The notes under the pieces were generated by a model. The model had not been told where the DNA came from, did not search any database, and saw only the letters and a program-made list of their open reading frames with translations. A program made the position numbers and the translations under genes. Positions 12,308 to 28,799 of a stretch of DNA of 64,000 nucleotides are shown in pieces (the stretch's first letter is position 1; the number at the start of each line of letters is the position of its first letter). The stretch is from NCBI RefSeq assembly GCF_055900595.2, contig NZ_CM148325.1, one strand, 5' to 3'.

Positions 12308-15300
12308 TTACTCGTTATCAGAACCGCCCAGACCTGCGTTCAGCAGTTCTGCCAGGCTGGCAGATGCGTCTTCTGCAGTCACCTGCGGTGCAGCCGGAGC
12401 TTCACCTGCAGCACGGCGACGCATACGATCCTGGTGGTACGCGTAACCGGTACCTGCCGGGATCAGACGACCTACGATAACGTTCTCTTTCAGGCCGCGC
12501 AGTTCGTCGCGTTTGCCCGCAACGGCTGCTTCGGTCAGCACGCGAGTGGTCTCCTGGAACGATGCCGCGGAGATGAAGGACTCGGTTGCCAGAGACGCTT
12601 TGGTGATACCCAGCAGATCGCGGGAGTAAGTTGCACCCACTTTGCCGTTCGCTTCCAGTTCGCGGTTTGCGATCTTGACGCGAGAGTATTCAACCTGTTC
12701 GCCTTCCAGGAAGTCGGAGCTGCCCGCGTTAACGATGGTAGCTTTACGCAGCATCTGACGAACGATAACTTCGATGTGTTTATCGTTAATCTTAACGCCC
12801 TGCAGACGGTATACGTCCTGTACTTCGTTAACGATGTAACGAGTCACAGCATGAACACCACGCAGACGCAGAATGTCATGCGGCGCTTCCGGACCGTCGG
12901 AAATTACGTCACCACGTTCTACACGTTCACCTTCGAACACGTTGAGCTGACGCCATTTCGGAATCATCTCTTCGTACGGCTCGCTACCGTCTACCGGGGT
13001 GATAACCAGACGACGTTTACCTTTGGTTTCTTTACCGAAGGAAACCACACCGCTGATTTCAGCCAGGATTGCCGGCTCTTTCGGACGACGTGCTTCGAAC
13101 AGGTCCGCAACGCGTGGCAGACCACCGGTGATGTCCTTGGTACCGCCAGATTCTTGCGGAATACGCGCCAGGGTGTCACCGGAGCTGATCTGTACGCCAT
13201 CTTCCAGCTGAACAATCGCTTTACCCGGCAGGAAGTACTGCGCAGGCATGTCGGTACCCGGGATCAGAACGTCGTTACCCTGAGCATCAACGATTTTCAG
13301 TGCCGGACGCAGATCTTTACCACCTGCGGTACGTTCTGCGGAATCCAGAACCACCAGCGAAGACAGACCGGTCAATTCGTCGGTCTGACGAGTAATGGTC
13401 TGGCCGTCGATCATGTCAGTAAAGCGTACAAAACCGCTTACTTCGGTGATAACCGGCATGGTGTGCGGGTCCCAGTTTGCAACGGTCTCGCCGCCAGCAA
13501 CCTGTTCGCCATCGCCTTTCGCCAGTACTGCACCGTAAGGCACTTTATAGCTTTCTTTGGTACGACCGAATTCGTCGATCAATTTCAGTTCGGTGTTACG
13601 GGAAGTGATAACCAGTTTGCCGCTGGAGTTCACAACCGACTTCACGTTGCTAAGCTTGATGCTACCTTTGTTTTTCACCTGGATGCTGGATTCAGCAGCC
13701 GCACGAGATGCCGCACCACCGATGTGGAACGTACGCATGGTCAGCTGTGTACCCGGTTCACCGATGGACTGTGCCGCGATAACACCGATTGCTTCACCTT
13801 TGTTGATGATGTGGCCACGCGCCAGGTCACGACCGTAGCAGTGCGCACATACACCAAAGTCGGTGTCACAAGATACAACAGAACGTACTTTTACCGCGTC
13901 GACAGAGTTCTCTTCCAGCAGGTCACACCACTGTTCGTGCAGCAGCGTGTTGCGCGGAACGAGGATATCAGCAGTACCCGGCTTCAGAACGTCTTCAGCA
14001 GTTACACGACCCAGTACGCGATCGCGCAGCGGCTCTTTAACGTCACCACCTTCGATAACCGGAGTCATCATGATACCTTCATGAGTACCACAATCGTCTT
14101 CGGTAACCACCAGGTCCTGCGCCACGTCAACCAGACGACGAGTCAGGTAACCGGAGTTCGCCGTTTTCAGTGCGGTATCCGCCAGACCTTTACGAGCACC
14201 GTGGGTTGAGATGAAGTACTGGAGTACGTTCAGACCTTCACGGAAGTTCGCGGTGATTGGCGTTTCGATGATGGAGCCATCCGGCTTCGCCATCAGACCA
14301 CGCATACCCGCCAGCTGACGAATCTGTGCCGCAGAACCACGCGCACCGGAGTCGGCCATCATGTAGATGCTGTTGAAGGAAACCTGCTTCTCTTCCTGAC
14401 CGTCACGGTTAATAACGGTTTCAGTTTGCAGGTTATCCATCATCGCTTTGGATACACGATCGTTCGCCGCAGCCCAGATATCGATAACTTTGTTGTAGCG
14501 TTCGCCCGCAGTTACCAGACCAGACTGGAACTGCTCCTGAATCTCAGCAACTTCAGCTTCTGCCTCGGAGATGATTTCGTGTTTCTTCTCCGGGATGACC
14601 ATGTCATCGATACCAACAGATGCACCAGAACGCGCTGCATATGCAAAGCCGGTGTACATGATCTGGTCCGCAAAAATAACGGTCGGTTTCAGACCGAGAA
14701 TGCGGTAGCAGGTGTTCAGCATTTTGGAGATTGCTTTCTTACCCAGCGCCTGGTTGACGATGGAGTAAGGCAGACCTTTCGGTACAATCATCCACAGAAT
14801 GGCACGGCCAACGGTCGTATCTTTCAGGCTGGTTTTCGCTACTAATTCACCGTTAGCATCTTTTTCATACTCGGTGATACGCACTTTAACGCGCGCATGC
14901 AGAGAAGCCAGACCAGAGCGATACAGACGTTCTGCTTCTTTCGGGCCAGTCAGCACCATGCCTTCGCCTTTGGCGTTAACACAGTCGCGGGTCATGTAGT
15001 ACAGACCCAGTACAACGTCCTGAGACGGAACGATGATTGGTTCGCCGTTCGCCGGGGACAGGATGTTGTTGGTAGACATCATCAGCGCACGCGCTTCCAG
15101 CTGGGCTTCCAGCGTCAGCGGTACGTGAACAGCCATCTGGTCACCATCGAAGTCGGCGTTATATGCCGCACAAACCAGCGGGTGCAGCTGGATAGCTTTA
15201 CCTTCGATCAGTACCGGTTCAAATGCCTGGATACCCAGACGGTGCAGAGTCGGTGCACGGTTCAGCAGTACCGGGTGTTCGCGGATAACTTCGTCCAGGA

Positions 15301-16531
15301 TATCCCAAACGACAGCTTCTTCGCGCTCAACCATTTTCTTCGCAGCTTTAATGGTGGTAGCAAGACCACGCAGTTCCAGCTTGCCGTAGATGAACGGTTT
15401 GAACAGTTCCAGTGCCATTTTCTTCGGCAGACCGCACTGATGCAGACGCAGGTATGGACCTACGGTGATTACAGAACGACCGGAGTAGTCAACACGCTTA
15501 CCGAGCAGGTTCTGACGGAAACGACCCTGTTTACCTTTGATCATGTCGGCCAAAGATTTCAGAGGACGCTTGTTAGAACCAGTGATCGCACGACCGCGAC
15601 GACCGTTATCCAGCAGGGCGTCTACCGCTTCCTGCAGCATACGTTTTTCGTTACGTACGATGATGTCCGGCGCAGCCAGATCCAGCAGACGTTTCAGACG
15701 GTTGTTACGGTTAATGACGCGACGATACAGATCGTTCAGGTCAGAAGTCGCGAAACGACCACCATCCAGCGGAACCAGCGGACGCAGATCTGGCGGCAGT
15801 ACCGGCAGAACGGTCAGGATCATCCACTCTGGTTTGTTACCAGACTGAACGAACGCTTCCAGCAGTTTGATACGCTTGGTCAGCTTCTTACGCTTAGTTT
15901 CGGAGTTGGTTTCGTTCAGCTCTTCACGCAGCTGTTCGCACTCTTGCTCCAGATCCATGCTCTTCAGCAGAGCCTGGATTGCTTCCGCACCCATTTTCGC
16001 GTCGAATTCGTCACCGAACTCTTCCAGCGCGTCCAGATACTGCTCTTCAGTCAGGATCTGCTGACGCTCCAGGTTGGTCATACCGCCTTCGATAACCACA
16101 TAGGATTCGAAGTACAGTACGCGTTCGATATCGCGCAGCGGCATATCGAGCAGCAGACCGATACGGGACGGCAGTGATTTCAGGAACCAGATGTGCGCAG
16201 TCGGGGAAGCCAGTTCGATGTGGCCCATACGCTCACGACGTACTTTGGTCTGGGTCACTTCAACGCCGCACTTCTCACAGATGACGCCACGGTGTTTCAG
16301 GCGCTTGTACTTACCGCACAGGCACTCGTAATCTTTTACCGGCCCAAAGATACGGGCGCAGAAAAGGCCGTCACGTTCTGGTTTGAACGTACGGTAGTTG
16401 ATGGTTTCCGGCTTTTTAACTTCACCGAAAGACCATGAACGGATCATGTCTGGCGAAGCCAGAGCAATTTTGATCGCATCAAACTCTTCGGTTTTAGTCT
16501 GCGCTTTCAGAAACTTTAATAAATCTTTCAC
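12308..16531 (-). CDS. rpoC: RNA polymerase subunit beta'
   Basis: 1407-aa [68 protein letters not shown]...; NADFDGD active site. Confidence 0.98.
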   Translation of the reverse strand: MKDLLKFLKAQTKTEEFDAIKIALASPDMIRSWSFGEVKKPETINYRTFKPERDGLFCARIFGPVKDYECLCGKYKRLKHRGVICEKCGVEVTQTKVRRERMGHIELASPTAHIWFLKSLPSRIGLLLDMPLRDIERVLYFESYVVIEGGMTNLERQQILTEEQYLDALEEFGDEFDAKMGAEAIQALLKSMDLEQECEQLREELNETNSETKRKKLTKRIKLLEAFVQSGNKPEWMILTVLPVLPPDLRPLVPLDGGRFATSDLNDLYRRVINRNNRLKRLLDLAAPDIIVRNEKRMLQEAVDALLDNGRRGRAITGSNKRPLKSLADMIKGKQGRFRQNLLGKRVDYSGRSVITVGPYLRLHQCGLPKKMALELFKPFIYGKLELRGLATTIKAAKKMVEREEAVVWDILDEVIREHPVLLNRAPTLHRLGIQAFEPVLIEGKAIQLHPLVCAAYNADFDGDQMAVHVPLTLEAQLEARALMMSTNNILSPANGEPIIVPSQDVVLGLYYMTRDCVNAKGEGMVLTGPKEAERLYRSGLASLHARVKVRITEYEKDANGELVAKTSLKDTTVGRAILWMIVPKGLPYSIVNQALGKKAISKMLNTCYRILGLKPTVIFADQIMYTGFAYAARSGASVGIDDMVIPEKKHEIISEAEAEVAEIQEQFQSGLVTAGERYNKVIDIWAAANDRVSKAMMDNLQTETVINRDGQEEKQVSFNSIYMMADSGARGSAAQIRQLAGMRGLMAKPDGSIIETPITANFREGLNVLQYFISTHGARKGLADTALKTANSGYLTRRLVDVAQDLVVTEDDCGTHEGIMMTPVIEGGDVKEPLRDRVLGRVTAEDVLKPGTADILVPRNTLLHEQWCDLLEENSVDAVKVRSVVSCDTDFGVCAHCYGRDLARGHIINKGEAIGVIAAQSIGEPGTQLTMRTFHIGGAASRAAAESSIQVKNKGSIKLSNVKSVVNSSGKLVITSRNTELKLIDEFGRTKESYKVPYGAVLAKGDGEQVAGGETVANWDPHTMPVITEVSGFVRFTDMIDGQTITRQTDELTGLSSLVVLDSAERTAGGKDLRPALKIVDAQGNDVLIPGTDMPAQYFLPGKAIVQLEDGVQISSGDTLARIPQESGGTKDITGGLPRVADLFEARRPKEPAILAEISGVVSFGKETKGKRRLVITPVDGSEPYEEMIPKWRQLNVFEGERVERGDVISDGPEAPHDILRLRGVHAVTRYIVNEVQDVYRLQGVKINDKHIEVIVRQMLRKATIVNAGSSDFLEGEQVEYSRVKIANRELEANGKVGATYSRDLLGITKASLATESFISAASFQETTRVLTEAAVAGKRDELRGLKENVIVGRLIPAGTGYAYHQDRMRRRAAGEAPAAPQVTAEDASASLAELLNAGLGGSDNE

Positions 16532-16607
16532 GGATTTGCTCCCGTCGGAGTTAGCACAATCCGCTGCCGGGTTTTACCCCGACAGCAGTGACCTGTTTGA
16601 GCGAGAA

Positions 16608-19600
16608 TTACTCGTCTTCCAGTTCGATGTTGATACCCAGCGAACGAATCTCTTTCAACAATACGTTGAAGGATTCTGGCATGCCCGGCTCCATCTGATG
16701 GTTGCCGTCCACGATGTTTTTATACATCTTGGTACGACCGTTCACGTCATCAGACTTAACGGTGAGCATTTCCTGCAGGGTGTATGCTGCGCCGTATGCT
16801 TCCAGCGCCCACACTTCCATCTCCCCGAAACGCTGACCACCGAACTGTGCCTTACCACCCAGCGGCTGCTGAGTAACCAGGCTGTAAGAACCGGTGGAAC
16901 GCGCGTGCATCTTGTCGTCGACCAGGTGGTTCAGTTTCAGCATGTACATGTAACCCACGGTTACCGGACGTTCGAACTGTTCACCAGTGCGACCGTCGTA
17001 CAGGCGGATCTGACCAGAAGTCGGCAGGTCGCCAAGTTTCAGCAGTTCTTTAATTTCTGCTTCTTTCGCACCGTCGAAGACCGGCGTTGCGATTGGCATA
17101 CCTTTGCGCAGGTTTTCAGCCAGACGCATAACTTCTTCATCGCTGAAGGTACTCAGGTCAACTTTCTGACGAACATCAGCGCCCAGATCGTATGCACGCT
17201 GGATGAATTCGCGCAGTTTCGCGACTTCTTGCTGCTGTTTCAGCATGGCGTTGATCTTGTCGCCGATACCTTTCGCAGCCATACCCAAGTGGGTTTCGAG
17301 GATCTGACCGATGTTCATACGAGACGGTACGCCCAGCGGGTTCAGTACGATGTCTACCGGCGTACCGTTTTCATCGTAAGGCATATCTTCGATCGGGTTG
17401 ATCTTAGAAATTACACCCTTGTTACCGTGACGACCTGCCATCTTGTCACCAGGCTGGATACGGCGTTTAACCGCCAGATATACCTTAACAATCTTCAGCA
17501 CGCCCGGTGCCAGATCGTCGCCCTGGGTGATTTTGCGGCGTTTCGCTTCGAGTTTCTTCTCGAACTCATGTTTCAGTTCGTCATACTGCTCAGCCAGCTG
17601 TTCCAGCTGATTTTGTTTCTCTTCGTCGGTCAGGCCCAGCTCCAGCCAGCGATCGCGCGGCAGTTTGTCGAGCTTCTCAGCTTCAACGCCACCGGCTACC
17701 AGCACAGCACGGATACGGCTGAACAGACCCGCTTCGAGGATCTGCAGTTCTTCAGACAGGTCTTTCTTCGCCTGTTTGAGCTGCATTTCTTCGATTTCCA
17801 GCGCACGTTTGTCTTTTTCTACGCCATCGCGAGTAAAGACCTGAACGTCGATAACCGTACCGGATACACCGTTTGGTACGCGCAGAGAAGAGTCTTTAAC
17901 GTCAGACGCTTTCTCACCGAAGATCGCACGCAGCAGTTTTTCTTCTGGGGTCAGCTGAGTTTCACCTTTCGGCGTTACCTTACCAACCAGAATGTCGCCA
18001 CCGGTCACTTCCGCACCAATGTAAACGATACCGGATTCATCCAGTTTGGAGAGCGCAGCTTCACCTACGTTCGGGATGTCAGCAGTGATCTCTTCTGGCC
18101 CCAGCTTGGTGTCACGGGACACACATGCCAGTTCCTGAATGTGGATGGTGGTGAAACGGTCTTCCTGAACAACACGCTCGGATACGAGGATGGAGTCTTC
18201 GAAGTTGTAACCATTCCACGGCATGAACGCTACGCGCATGTTCTGACCGAGCGCCAGTTCACCGAGGTCGGTGGACGGACCGTCTGCCAGCACGTCACCA
18301 CGTTCTACCGGTTCACCCAGAGACACACACGGCATCTGGTTGATACAGGTGTTCTGGTTAGAACGGGTGTACTTGGTCAGGTTGTAGATGTCGATACCTG
18401 CTTCACCCGGATACATCTCATCTTCGTTAACTTTGATAACGATACGGGAAGCATCCACGTACTGAACGACACCACCACGTTTAGCAACCGCAGTTACACC
18501 GGAGTCAACGGCAACAGCACGTTCCATACCCGTACCAACCAGCGGCTTATCAGCACGCAGAGTCGGAACGGCCTGACGTTGCATGTTCGCACCCATCAAT
18601 GCACGGTTGGCGTCATCGTGTTCAAGGAACGGGATCAGGGACGCACCGACGGATACCACCTGCTGGGTGGATACGTCCATGTAGTCAACCTGGTCGCGGC
18701 TGAACAAGCTGGATTCGCCTTTGCTACGGCAAGTTACCAGATCTTCTACGAAGTGGCCTTCTTCATCCAGGTTGGAGTTCGCCTGGGCGATAACGTAGTT
18801 GCCTTCTTCGATAGCAGACAGGTAGTGAATTTCGTCGGTTACAACACCGTCGATCACTTTACGGTACGGCGTCTCAAGGAAGCCATATTCGTTAGTCTGT
18901 GCGTACACGGACAGGGAGTTGATCAGACCGATGTTCGGACCTTCAGGGGTTTCGATTGGACATACGCGACCGTAGTGAGTCGGGTGTACGTCTCGAACTT
19001 CGAAGCCTGCACGTTCACGGGTCAGACCGCCTGGGCCGAGTGCGGAGATACGACGCTTGTGTGTAATCTCAGACAGCGGGTTGTTCTGGTCCATAAACTG
19101 AGACAGCTGGCTGGAACCAAAGAACTCTTTCACTGCTGCGGAAATCGGTTTGGCGTTGATCATATCCTGAGGCATCAGGGTATCCAGATCGCCCAGAGAC
19201 AAACGCTCTTTCACCGCACGCTCTACACGTACCAGGCCAACGCGGAACTGGTTTTCCGCCATTTCGCCAACGGAACGGATACGACGGTTACCGAGGTGGT
19301 CGATATCATCGACTTCGCCTTTACCGTTACGGATATCGATGAGCTTTTTCATAACATCAATGATGTCGTCTTTGCTCAGGATACCGGAACCTTCGATTTC
19401 GTCGCGCAGCAGAGAGCGGTTGAACTTCATACGACCAACCGCAGACAAGTCATAGCGGTCTTCAGAGAAGAACAGGTTCTCGAACAGGCTTTCAGCGGCT
19501 TCACGAGTCGGCGGCTCGCCAGGGCGCATCATGCGGTAGATTTCTACCAGTGCGCTCAGACGATCGTTAGTTGGGTCGACACGTAAGGTTTCAGAGATAT

Positions 19601-20636
19601 ACGGGCCGTGATCCAGATCGTTGGTGAACAGCGTTTCGATACGCTTGTGACCAGACTGGCTCAGCTTAGCCAGCAGATCCAGGCTCAGCTCCATGTTCGC
19701 AGCACAGATAAGCTCACCAGTAGACTCATCAATGTAGTCTTTAGCAACCACTTTACCTGCGATGTACTCAACCGGGACTTCGATCAGTTTGACGTCGTCT
19801 TTTTCCAGCTGGCGAATGTGGCGCGCAGTAATACGGCGGCCTTTTTCTACGTACACTTTACCGTTAGCTTCGATGTCAAAAGATGCGGTTTCACCACGCA
19901 GGCGTTCCGGCACCAGTTCCATCTGCAGCTTGTTATCACGGATTTCAAAGATAACTTTTTCAAAGAACAGGTCGAGGATCTGCTCTGTGGTGTAGTTCAG
20001 GGCACGCAGAATGATGGTCGCAGGCAGTTTACGGCGACGGTCGATACGTACGAACAGGTTGTCCTTCGGATCGAATTCGAAGTCCAGCCAGGAACCACGG
20101 TAAGGGATGATGCGCGCGTTATACAGCACTTTACCCGAAGAGTGGGTTTTACCTTTGTCGGAGTCAAAGAAGACGCCCGGACTACGGTGCAGCTGGGAAA
20201 CGATAACACGCTCAGTACCGTTGATAACAAAGGTACCGTTGTCCGTCATGAGCGGAATTTCGCCCATGTAGACTTCTTGTTCTTTAATGTCTTTTACGGT
20301 GCCTTCCGGCGCTTCGCGCTCATAGATCACCAGACGCAGTTTAACGCGCAGCGGTGCGGAATAGGTCACGCCACGGATTTGACATTCCTGGACGTCAAAC
20401 ACCGGTTCGCCAAGGCGGTAGCTGACGTATTGCAGCTCGGAATTACCGCTGTAGCTCTGAATCGGGAATACGGAACGGAAAGCAGCTTCCAGACCATACT
20501 GCCCTTCAGGATCTTGCTCGATAAATTTCTGAAACGAGTCAAGCTGGATAGAAAGGAGATAAGGTACATCCAGAACTTGTGGACGTTTACCAAAATCCTT
20601 ACGAATACGTTTTTTCTCGGTATAGGAGTAAACCAT
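16608..20636 (-). CDS. rpoB: RNA polymerase subunit beta
   Basis: Start at [35 protein letters not shown] (1342 aa); ORF track begins 11 codons upstream. Confidence 0.98.
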   Translation of the reverse strand: MVYSYTEKKRIRKDFGKRPQVLDVPYLLSIQLDSFQKFIEQDPEGQYGLEAAFRSVFPIQSYSGNSELQYVSYRLGEPVFDVQECQIRGVTYSAPLRVKLRLVIYEREAPEGTVKDIKEQEVYMGEIPLMTDNGTFVINGTERVIVSQLHRSPGVFFDSDKGKTHSSGKVLYNARIIPYRGSWLDFEFDPKDNLFVRIDRRRKLPATIILRALNYTTEQILDLFFEKVIFEIRDNKLQMELVPERLRGETASFDIEANGKVYVEKGRRITARHIRQLEKDDVKLIEVPVEYIAGKVVAKDYIDESTGELICAANMELSLDLLAKLSQSGHKRIETLFTNDLDHGPYISETLRVDPTNDRLSALVEIYRMMRPGEPPTREAAESLFENLFFSEDRYDLSAVGRMKFNRSLLRDEIEGSGILSKDDIIDVMKKLIDIRNGKGEVDDIDHLGNRRIRSVGEMAENQFRVGLVRVERAVKERLSLGDLDTLMPQDMINAKPISAAVKEFFGSSQLSQFMDQNNPLSEITHKRRISALGPGGLTRERAGFEVRDVHPTHYGRVCPIETPEGPNIGLINSLSVYAQTNEYGFLETPYRKVIDGVVTDEIHYLSAIEEGNYVIAQANSNLDEEGHFVEDLVTCRSKGESSLFSRDQVDYMDVSTQQVVSVGASLIPFLEHDDANRALMGANMQRQAVPTLRADKPLVGTGMERAVAVDSGVTAVAKRGGVVQYVDASRIVIKVNEDEMYPGEAGIDIYNLTKYTRSNQNTCINQMPCVSLGEPVERGDVLADGPSTDLGELALGQNMRVAFMPWNGYNFEDSILVSERVVQEDRFTTIHIQELACVSRDTKLGPEEITADIPNVGEAALSKLDESGIVYIGAEVTGGDILVGKVTPKGETQLTPEEKLLRAIFGEKASDVKDSSLRVPNGVSGTVIDVQVFTRDGVEKDKRALEIEEMQLKQAKKDLSEELQILEAGLFSRIRAVLVAGGVEAEKLDKLPRDRWLELGLTDEEKQNQLEQLAEQYDELKHEFEKKLEAKRRKITQGDDLAPGVLKIVKVYLAVKRRIQPGDKMAGRHGNKGVISKINPIEDMPYDENGTPVDIVLNPLGVPSRMNIGQILETHLGMAAKGIGDKINAMLKQQQEVAKLREFIQRAYDLGADVRQKVDLSTFSDEEVMRLAENLRKGMPIATPVFDGAKEAEIKELLKLGDLPTSGQIRLYDGRTGEQFERPVTVGYMYMLKLNHLVDDKMHARSTGSYSLVTQQPLGGKAQFGGQRFGEMEVWALEAYGAAYTLQEMLTVKSDDVNGRTKMYKNIVDGNHQMEPGMPESFNVLLKEIRSLGINIELEDE

Positions 20637-20885
20637 AGGGTTCCTCAGCTCGCTGACAAGTCGACCCATCTGTCCATTGAGCGGACAGTTTGTGCAACAC
20701 TATTTTGTTGACCGGAAAATGGAACACTTTCCGCAATGCCTGTTGCTATCACGCTTAAACCATTTCATTGCGATTTACACAGAACGGGCGTCCTGTCGCA
20801 GTATATTAAGTCGTCGATAGAAACAAGCATTGAAAGGCACAGCAGTAGTCAAACAGTGTGAAACGCTACTGGCGCCTTACAGCGC

Positions 20886-20921
20886 AAAAAGGCTGGTGAC
20901 TAAAAAGTCACCAGCCATCAG
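20886..20921 (-). terminator. rplL-rpoB intercistronic attenuator/terminator
   Basis: Minus strand GGCTGGTGACT-TTTT-AGTCACCAGCC followed by TTTTTGCGCTG, between rplL stop and rpoB. Confidence 0.75.
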
Positions 20922-20955
20922 CCTGATTTCTCAGGCTGCAACCGGAAGGGTTGGC

Positions 20956-21321
<366 letters not shown>

Positions 21322-21387
21322 TTAAATTGTTCCTGAATATCAGAATAAGTTTATACGTAAGCGAATGCGTTAAAAAGATAACTGCGA

Positions 21388-21885
21388 TTAAGCAGCTTCT
21401 TTCGCATCGCGTACAGCAGCCAGAGTACGAACCAGTTTGCCAGCCGAAGCTTCTTTCATGGTTGCCATCAGGCGTGCAATTGCTTCTTCGTAGGTCGGCA
21501 GAGTTGCCAGGCGGTCGATCTGAGACGCCGGGATCAGCTCACCTTCAAAGGCAGCGGCTTTGACCTCAAATTTTGCATTCGCTTTCGCGAACTCTTTGAA
21601 CAGACGAGCAGCTGCGCCCGGGTGTTCCATAGAGTATGCAATCAGGGTCGGACCAACAAACGCGTCTTTCAGGCACTCGAACGGAGTACCTTCAACAGCA
21701 CGGCGCAGCAGGGTGTTACGAACAACACGCATGTATACGCCAGCTTCGCGACCTGCTTTACGCAGTTCAGTCATTTTATCTACAGTTACGCCACGGGAAT
21801 CCGCAACTACTGCAGACAGCGCGCCTTTGGCTACTTCGCTGACTTCAGCAACAATCGCTTGTTTGTCTTGAAGATTTAAAGCCAT
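21388..21885 (-). CDS. rplJ: 50S ribosomal protein L10
   Basis: 165-aa [62 protein letters not shown]... Confidence 0.97.
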
Positions 21886-22297
21886 TAGCTTTGCTCCTGG
21901 ATGTTTGCCAGAGAAAATCTCTGGAACTCACTTCACTCCTCCAAACGGAGAGAGCGTCTTTATTACGGTGAGCAGAAACAAGCCAGAATATAAAAGAATA
22001 ATCTTAGCGTTCTGTCACCGTCTACGCAGGGGATTAAGTTTCTTGCGAAACTCCTGCGGTCTTCGACGGAGGCCTGGATAGGCCAGGCTCCAACGAACAA
22101 ATCTTTTCTATCCGTCGCTATTCAGCTTGTAGCGGCGTTGGCTTCCTTCGTTCGCACCAGTCACATAGTTAGCTATGCTCCTGGCGACTCACTCAGTTGC
22201 CGCCTTGCTACAACCCGAATATCTCGGATATACGTCTGCATTAAGCATTATACGTGGGGGTAAGATTGTAGACAAAATCACCGCCCACGTAAAGGCA
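21886..22297 (-). promoter_or_regulatory. rplJ leader region (promoter and L10/L12 autoregulatory leader)
   Basis: About 410 nt untranslated GC-rich structured region between rplA stop and rplJ start; role assigned from the known operon architecture. Confidence 0.55.
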
Positions 22298-23497
<1,200 letters not shown>

Positions 23498-23592
23498 TTA
23501 CGGGCAAGGCCCATAAAAACAAAAGGCGCGAAATTGTATTCCAATCTCGCGCCTTGTGCAACGATTAAATCGCCGCTTTTTTGATCGCTGGG

Positions 23593-24138
23593 TTAGGCTT
23601 TTTCAACCTGGCTGAAGTCCAGCTCTACCGGGGTCGCACGACCGAAGATAGAAACAGACACTTTCAGACGAGATTTCTCGTAATCAACTTCTTCAACAAC
23701 ACCGTTGAAGTCAGCGAACGGACCATCATTAACACGAACCATTTCACCCGGTTCAAACAGCGTTTTCGGACGCGGCTTATCGCCAACCTGCTGCAGGCGA
23801 TTCATAATCGCATCCACTTCTTTATCGCTGATTGGCGCAGGACGATCGGAAGTACCGCCGATGAAGCCCATCACACGCGGTACGCTGCGCACCAGGTGCC
23901 AGCTCGCGTCGTTCATCACCATCTGAACGAGGACGTAGCCAGGGAAGAATTTGCGTTCGCTTTTGCGACGCTGTCCGCCACGGATTTCAACCACTTCTTC
24001 GGTTGGTACCATGACTTCACCAAACAAATCTTCCATGTTATGTAATTTGATATGCTCACGTAGCGACGTTGCTACGCGGCCTTCAAAACCGGAAAACGCC
24101 TGAACGACGTACCAGCGCTTTTTAGGAGCTTCAGACAT
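23593..24138 (-). CDS. nusG: Transcription termination/antitermination factor NusG
   Basis: 181-aa [74 protein letters not shown]... Confidence 0.97.
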
Positions 24139-24139
24139 C

Positions 24140-24523
24140 TCAGAACCTCAGGCCAGTGATAAAGGATACCAGGCGAACCAGAATACCATCCAGTCCCCAC
24201 AGGATCAGTGACATTACTGCGGTAACCGCAGCCACAATCAGCGTGGTGTGCAATGTTTCCTGGCGAGTCGGCCAAATGACCTTACGGACTTCGGTACGCG
24301 CTTCACGGGCAAAAGCAACGGTTGCTTTTCCTTTTGTCGTTAACAGCGCGACACCACCCGCTGCAGCAATCAGAATTACTACGGCCAGCGCACGCAGCGG
24401 CAGCATAATGTCGCGATAAAGGTAGTTGCCGACAATTGCTACCAGGAGCAATGCCACCACAACGACCCACTTCATCGCTTCCAGGCCGCGCCCGCTTCCT
24501 TGAGCTTCGGTATTCGCACTCAT
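24140..24523 (-). CDS. secE: Protein translocase subunit SecE
   Basis: 127-aa membrane ORF directly upstream of nusG. Confidence 0.95.
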
Positions 24524-24752
24524 AAACCAACCTGTCAGAAGTATTCTACAAACATTTTCACCCCGCGATCGCGAGGCAAACCAAATCGAAACGCGTATTA
24601 GCTTTTCGGATTATACGCCCTCAACAGAGCCTGTCTCAGCAATGATTATGACAAAGAAAATCACTGATGAGCCAGGTTCTGGTACGAAAGCGTGCAAAAA
24701 GGGCATCAAATGATGCCCTTTTAGTGCGCATTGCGTCAAATGTTATCGGCAA

Positions 24753-25973
<1,221 letters not shown>

Positions 25974-26049
25974 TCACCACATCAACCAGGCAACATGCCC
26001 GACTTGTTGAATGCAATAAACAGAAGGAAAAAACAGGGAGGAGAAAAGA

Positions 26050-26125
26050 AGTGGTGCTGATAGGCAGATTCGAACTGCCGACCTCACCCTTACCAAGGGT
26101 GCGCTCTACCAACTGAGCTATATCA
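26050..26125 (-). tRNA. thrT: tRNA-Thr (anticodon GGU)
   Basis: Reverse complement reads GCTGATATAGCTCAGTTGGTAGAGCGCACCCTTGGTAAGGGTGAGGTCGGCAGTTCGAATCTGCCTATCAGCACCA. Confidence 0.95.
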
Positions 26126-26131
26126 GCACAT

Positions 26132-26208
<77 letters not shown>

Positions 26209-26322
26209 ATCCTGGAACTCGGCTACCTGATTTTCATTCTGCACTGAATATCGAGAGAAGCTCTCTTTATTCGAGCCGGTAAGCGAACTTATCGTCTCGG
26301 GCTACGCCATCGCGTGGCCGAA

Positions 26323-26407
<85 letters not shown>

Positions 26408-26415
26408 CCGGACTT

Positions 26416-26493
<78 letters not shown>

Positions 26494-26854
26494 ATCAAGT
26501 AGCGCGCATTCTATGGAGACATGCGAGTTCATGCAACTAAAAAATTGCATAATTTGTTTTATTGGTCATATTTTATGCGACACGATGAAGAAACAGTCGA
26601 ACAGAGGGCAAATTAGCACACTTTTTCAACATCATTGTTCTCAACAATGCGCTCCTTCTAAAGCGCAATTCTTTTTATCAGATGGAATATCTGTCACATT
26701 GCTTTTCAACGATAGCTTCCTGGGAGAGATTTTTTCTTATTATTCCTCCCCATCTGGTGTTACCCTCCTGCCCATTAACCCATTCAACAGAACTGTGACG
26801 CGCCATGGCAAATATCGTTTTGCCGATAGAGCTATGACCGCCAGAAACATGCTT

Positions 26855-27805
26855 ATGAGTATAAAAGAGCAAACGTTAATGACGCCTTACCTACAGTTTG
26901 ACCGCAACCAGTGGGCAGCTCTGCGTGATTCCGTACCTATGACGTTATCGGAAGATGAGATCGCCCGTCTCAAAGGTATTAATGAAGATCTCTCGTTAGA
27001 AGAAGTGGCCGAGATCTATTTACCTTTGTCACGTTTGCTGAACTTCTATATAAGCTCGAATCTGCGCCGTCAGGCAGTTCTGGAACAGTTTCTTGGTACC
27101 AACGGGCAACGCATTCCTTACATTATCAGTATCGCAGGTAGCGTCGCGGTGGGGAAAAGTACAACCGCCCGTGTATTGCAGGCACTATTAAGCCGTTGGC
27201 CGGAGCATCGTCGTGTTGAACTGATCACGACTGATGGCTTCCTTCACCCTAATCAGGTGCTGAAAGAACGTGGTCTGATGAAGAAGAAAGGCTTCCCGGA
27301 ATCGTATGATATGCATCGCCTGGTGAAGTTTGTTTCCGATCTCAAATCCGGCGTGCCAAACGTTACGGCACCTGTTTACTCGCATCTTATTTATGATGTG
27401 ATCCCGGATGGAGATAAAACTGTTGTTCAGCCTGATATTTTAATTCTTGAAGGGTTAAATGTCTTACAGAGCGGGATGGATTATCCTCACGATCCACATC
27501 ATGTATTTGTTTCTGATTTTGTCGATTTTTCGATATATGTTGATGCACCAGAAGACTTACTTCAAACGTGGTATATCAACCGTTTCCTGAAATTCCGTGA
27601 AGGGGCTTTTACAGACCCGGATTCCTATTTTCATAACTACGCGAAATTAACTAAAGAAGAAGCGATTAACACTGCCATGACATTGTGGAAAGAGATCAAC
27701 TGGCTGAACTTAAAGCAAAATATTCTACCTACTCGTGAGCGCGCCAGTTTAATCCTGACAAAGAGTGCTAATCACGCGGTAGAAGAGGTCAGACTACGCA
27801 AATAA
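26855..27805 (+). CDS. coaA: Pantothenate kinase (type I)
   Basis: Start at [24 protein letters not shown] (316 aa); P-loop [10 protein letters not shown]; ORF track extends 114 codons upstream into the tRNA operon promoter. Confidence 0.93.
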   Translation: MSIKEQTLMTPYLQFDRNQWAALRDSVPMTLSEDEIARLKGINEDLSLEEVAEIYLPLSRLLNFYISSNLRRQAVLEQFLGTNGQRIPYIISIAGSVAVGKSTTARVLQALLSRWPEHRRVELITTDGFLHPNQVLKERGLMKKKGFPESYDMHRLVKFVSDLKSGVPNVTAPVYSHLIYDVIPDGDKTVVQPDILILEGLNVLQSGMDYPHDPHHVFVSDFVDFSIYVDAPEDLLQTWYINRFLKFREGAFTDPDSYFHNYAKLTKEEAINTAMTLWKEINWLNLKQNILPTRERASLILTKSANHAVEEVRLRK

Positions 27806-27810
27806 TTTTC

Positions 27811-27830
27811 AGGGGAGCTAATGCTCCCCT
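27811..27830. terminator. Bidirectional terminator between convergent coaA and birA
   Basis: AGGGGAGC-TAAT-GCTCCCCT hairpin flanked by T/A runs. Confidence 0.7.
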
Positions 27831-27833
27831 TTC

Positions 27834-28799
27834 TTATTTTTCTGCACTACGCAGGGATATTTCACCGCCCATCCAGGATTTTATTATTCCATCCTGCTCA
27901 AGCAATAAAGCGCCTTGTTTGTCTATTCCACGTGAAATGCCAAATATTTCTTTATCACCAATGATAAGTTTCACTGGGCGATTAATAAAATTATCCAGTT
28001 TTTCCCAGCGCGAAAGATAAGGTGCCAATCCTTCTTGCTCAAAGAGTTCCAGCGCCGCACGTAATTCACGTATTAGCATGGCCGCCAACGCATTACGATC
28101 GAGATTGATCCCAGCTTCCTGCAGCGTGATCCACCCCTGATTAACGACACTCTCTTCAACACGACGCATTGCCATGTTGATACCAGCACCAACGACTATT
28201 TGCGCCGCATCGCCGGTTTTGCCAGTCAGCTCCACAAGAATACCTGCCAGCTTGCGATCCTGCAGATAGAGGTCATTCGGCCATTTAACACGAACTTTAT
28301 CAGCGCCCAACTTGCGTAATACTTCCGCCATCACGATACCGATAACCAGACTTAAACCAATCGCCGCAGCCGGGCCTTGTTCCAGACGCCAGAACATCGA
28401 CAAATACAAGTTTGCGCCAAAAGGCGAAAACCATTTCCGACCTCGGCGACCACGACCAGCCTGCTGATATTCTGCAACGCAGGCATCACCCGATTTAAGC
28501 TCTCCGATACGATCAAGAAGGTACTGATTCGTAGAGTCAATAACTGGCAGCACGGCTACACTACCGCTATCCAGCTGACTCAATATCTGTTCAGCATTAA
28601 GTAACTGGATGGGCTCAGGCAGGCAGTATCCTTTACCCGGAACGGTAAAGACATCAACGCCCCAGTCACGCAGTGTTTGAATATGTTTATTAATGGCCGC
28701 CCGGCTCATTCCTAACGTTTCACCCAGCTGCTCGCCAGAGTGAAATTCGCCATTCGCTAATAGCGTGATTAATTTTAGCGGAACGGTATTATCCTTCAT
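27834..28799 (-). CDS. birA: Biotin-protein ligase / bio operon repressor BirA
   Basis: 321-aa [61 protein letters not shown]... Confidence 0.95.
   Translation of the reverse strand: MKDNTVPLKLITLLANGEFHSGEQLGETLGMSRAAINKHIQTLRDWGVDVFTVPGKGYCLPEPIQLLNAEQILSQLDSGSVAVLPVIDSTNQYLLDRIGELKSGDACVAEYQQAGRGRRGRKWFSPFGANLYLSMFWRLEQGPAAAIGLSLVIGIVMAEVLRKLGADKVRVKWPNDLYLQDRKLAGILVELTGKTGDAAQIVVGAGINMAMRRVEESVVNQGWITLQEAGINLDRNALAAMLIRELRAALELFEQEGLAPYLSRWEKLDNFINRPVKLIIGDKEIFGISRGIDKQGALLLEQDGIIKSWMGGEISLRSAEK

Noticed and set aside
12434-16177. 591-aa and 426-aa plus-strand ORFs (12434-14209, 14897-16177)
   Set aside because: Both lie antisense within rpoC; same codon-bias artefact.
16398-19586. 1062-aa plus-strand ORF
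   Set aside because: Entirely antisense to rpoB, which is unambiguously identified on the minus strand; long stop-free antisense frames are a known by-product of codon bias in highly expressed genes. The translated sequence is low-complexity with no recognisable domain.
19608-20711. 367-aa plus-strand ORF
   Set aside because: Antisense to the 5' end of rpoB and its leader; no independent coding signal.
26513-26854. N-terminal extension of the coaA ORF (430 aa in the track)
   Set aside because: The extension overlaps the tRNA operon promoter region; the conserved pantothenate kinase begins at MSIKEQ (26855).
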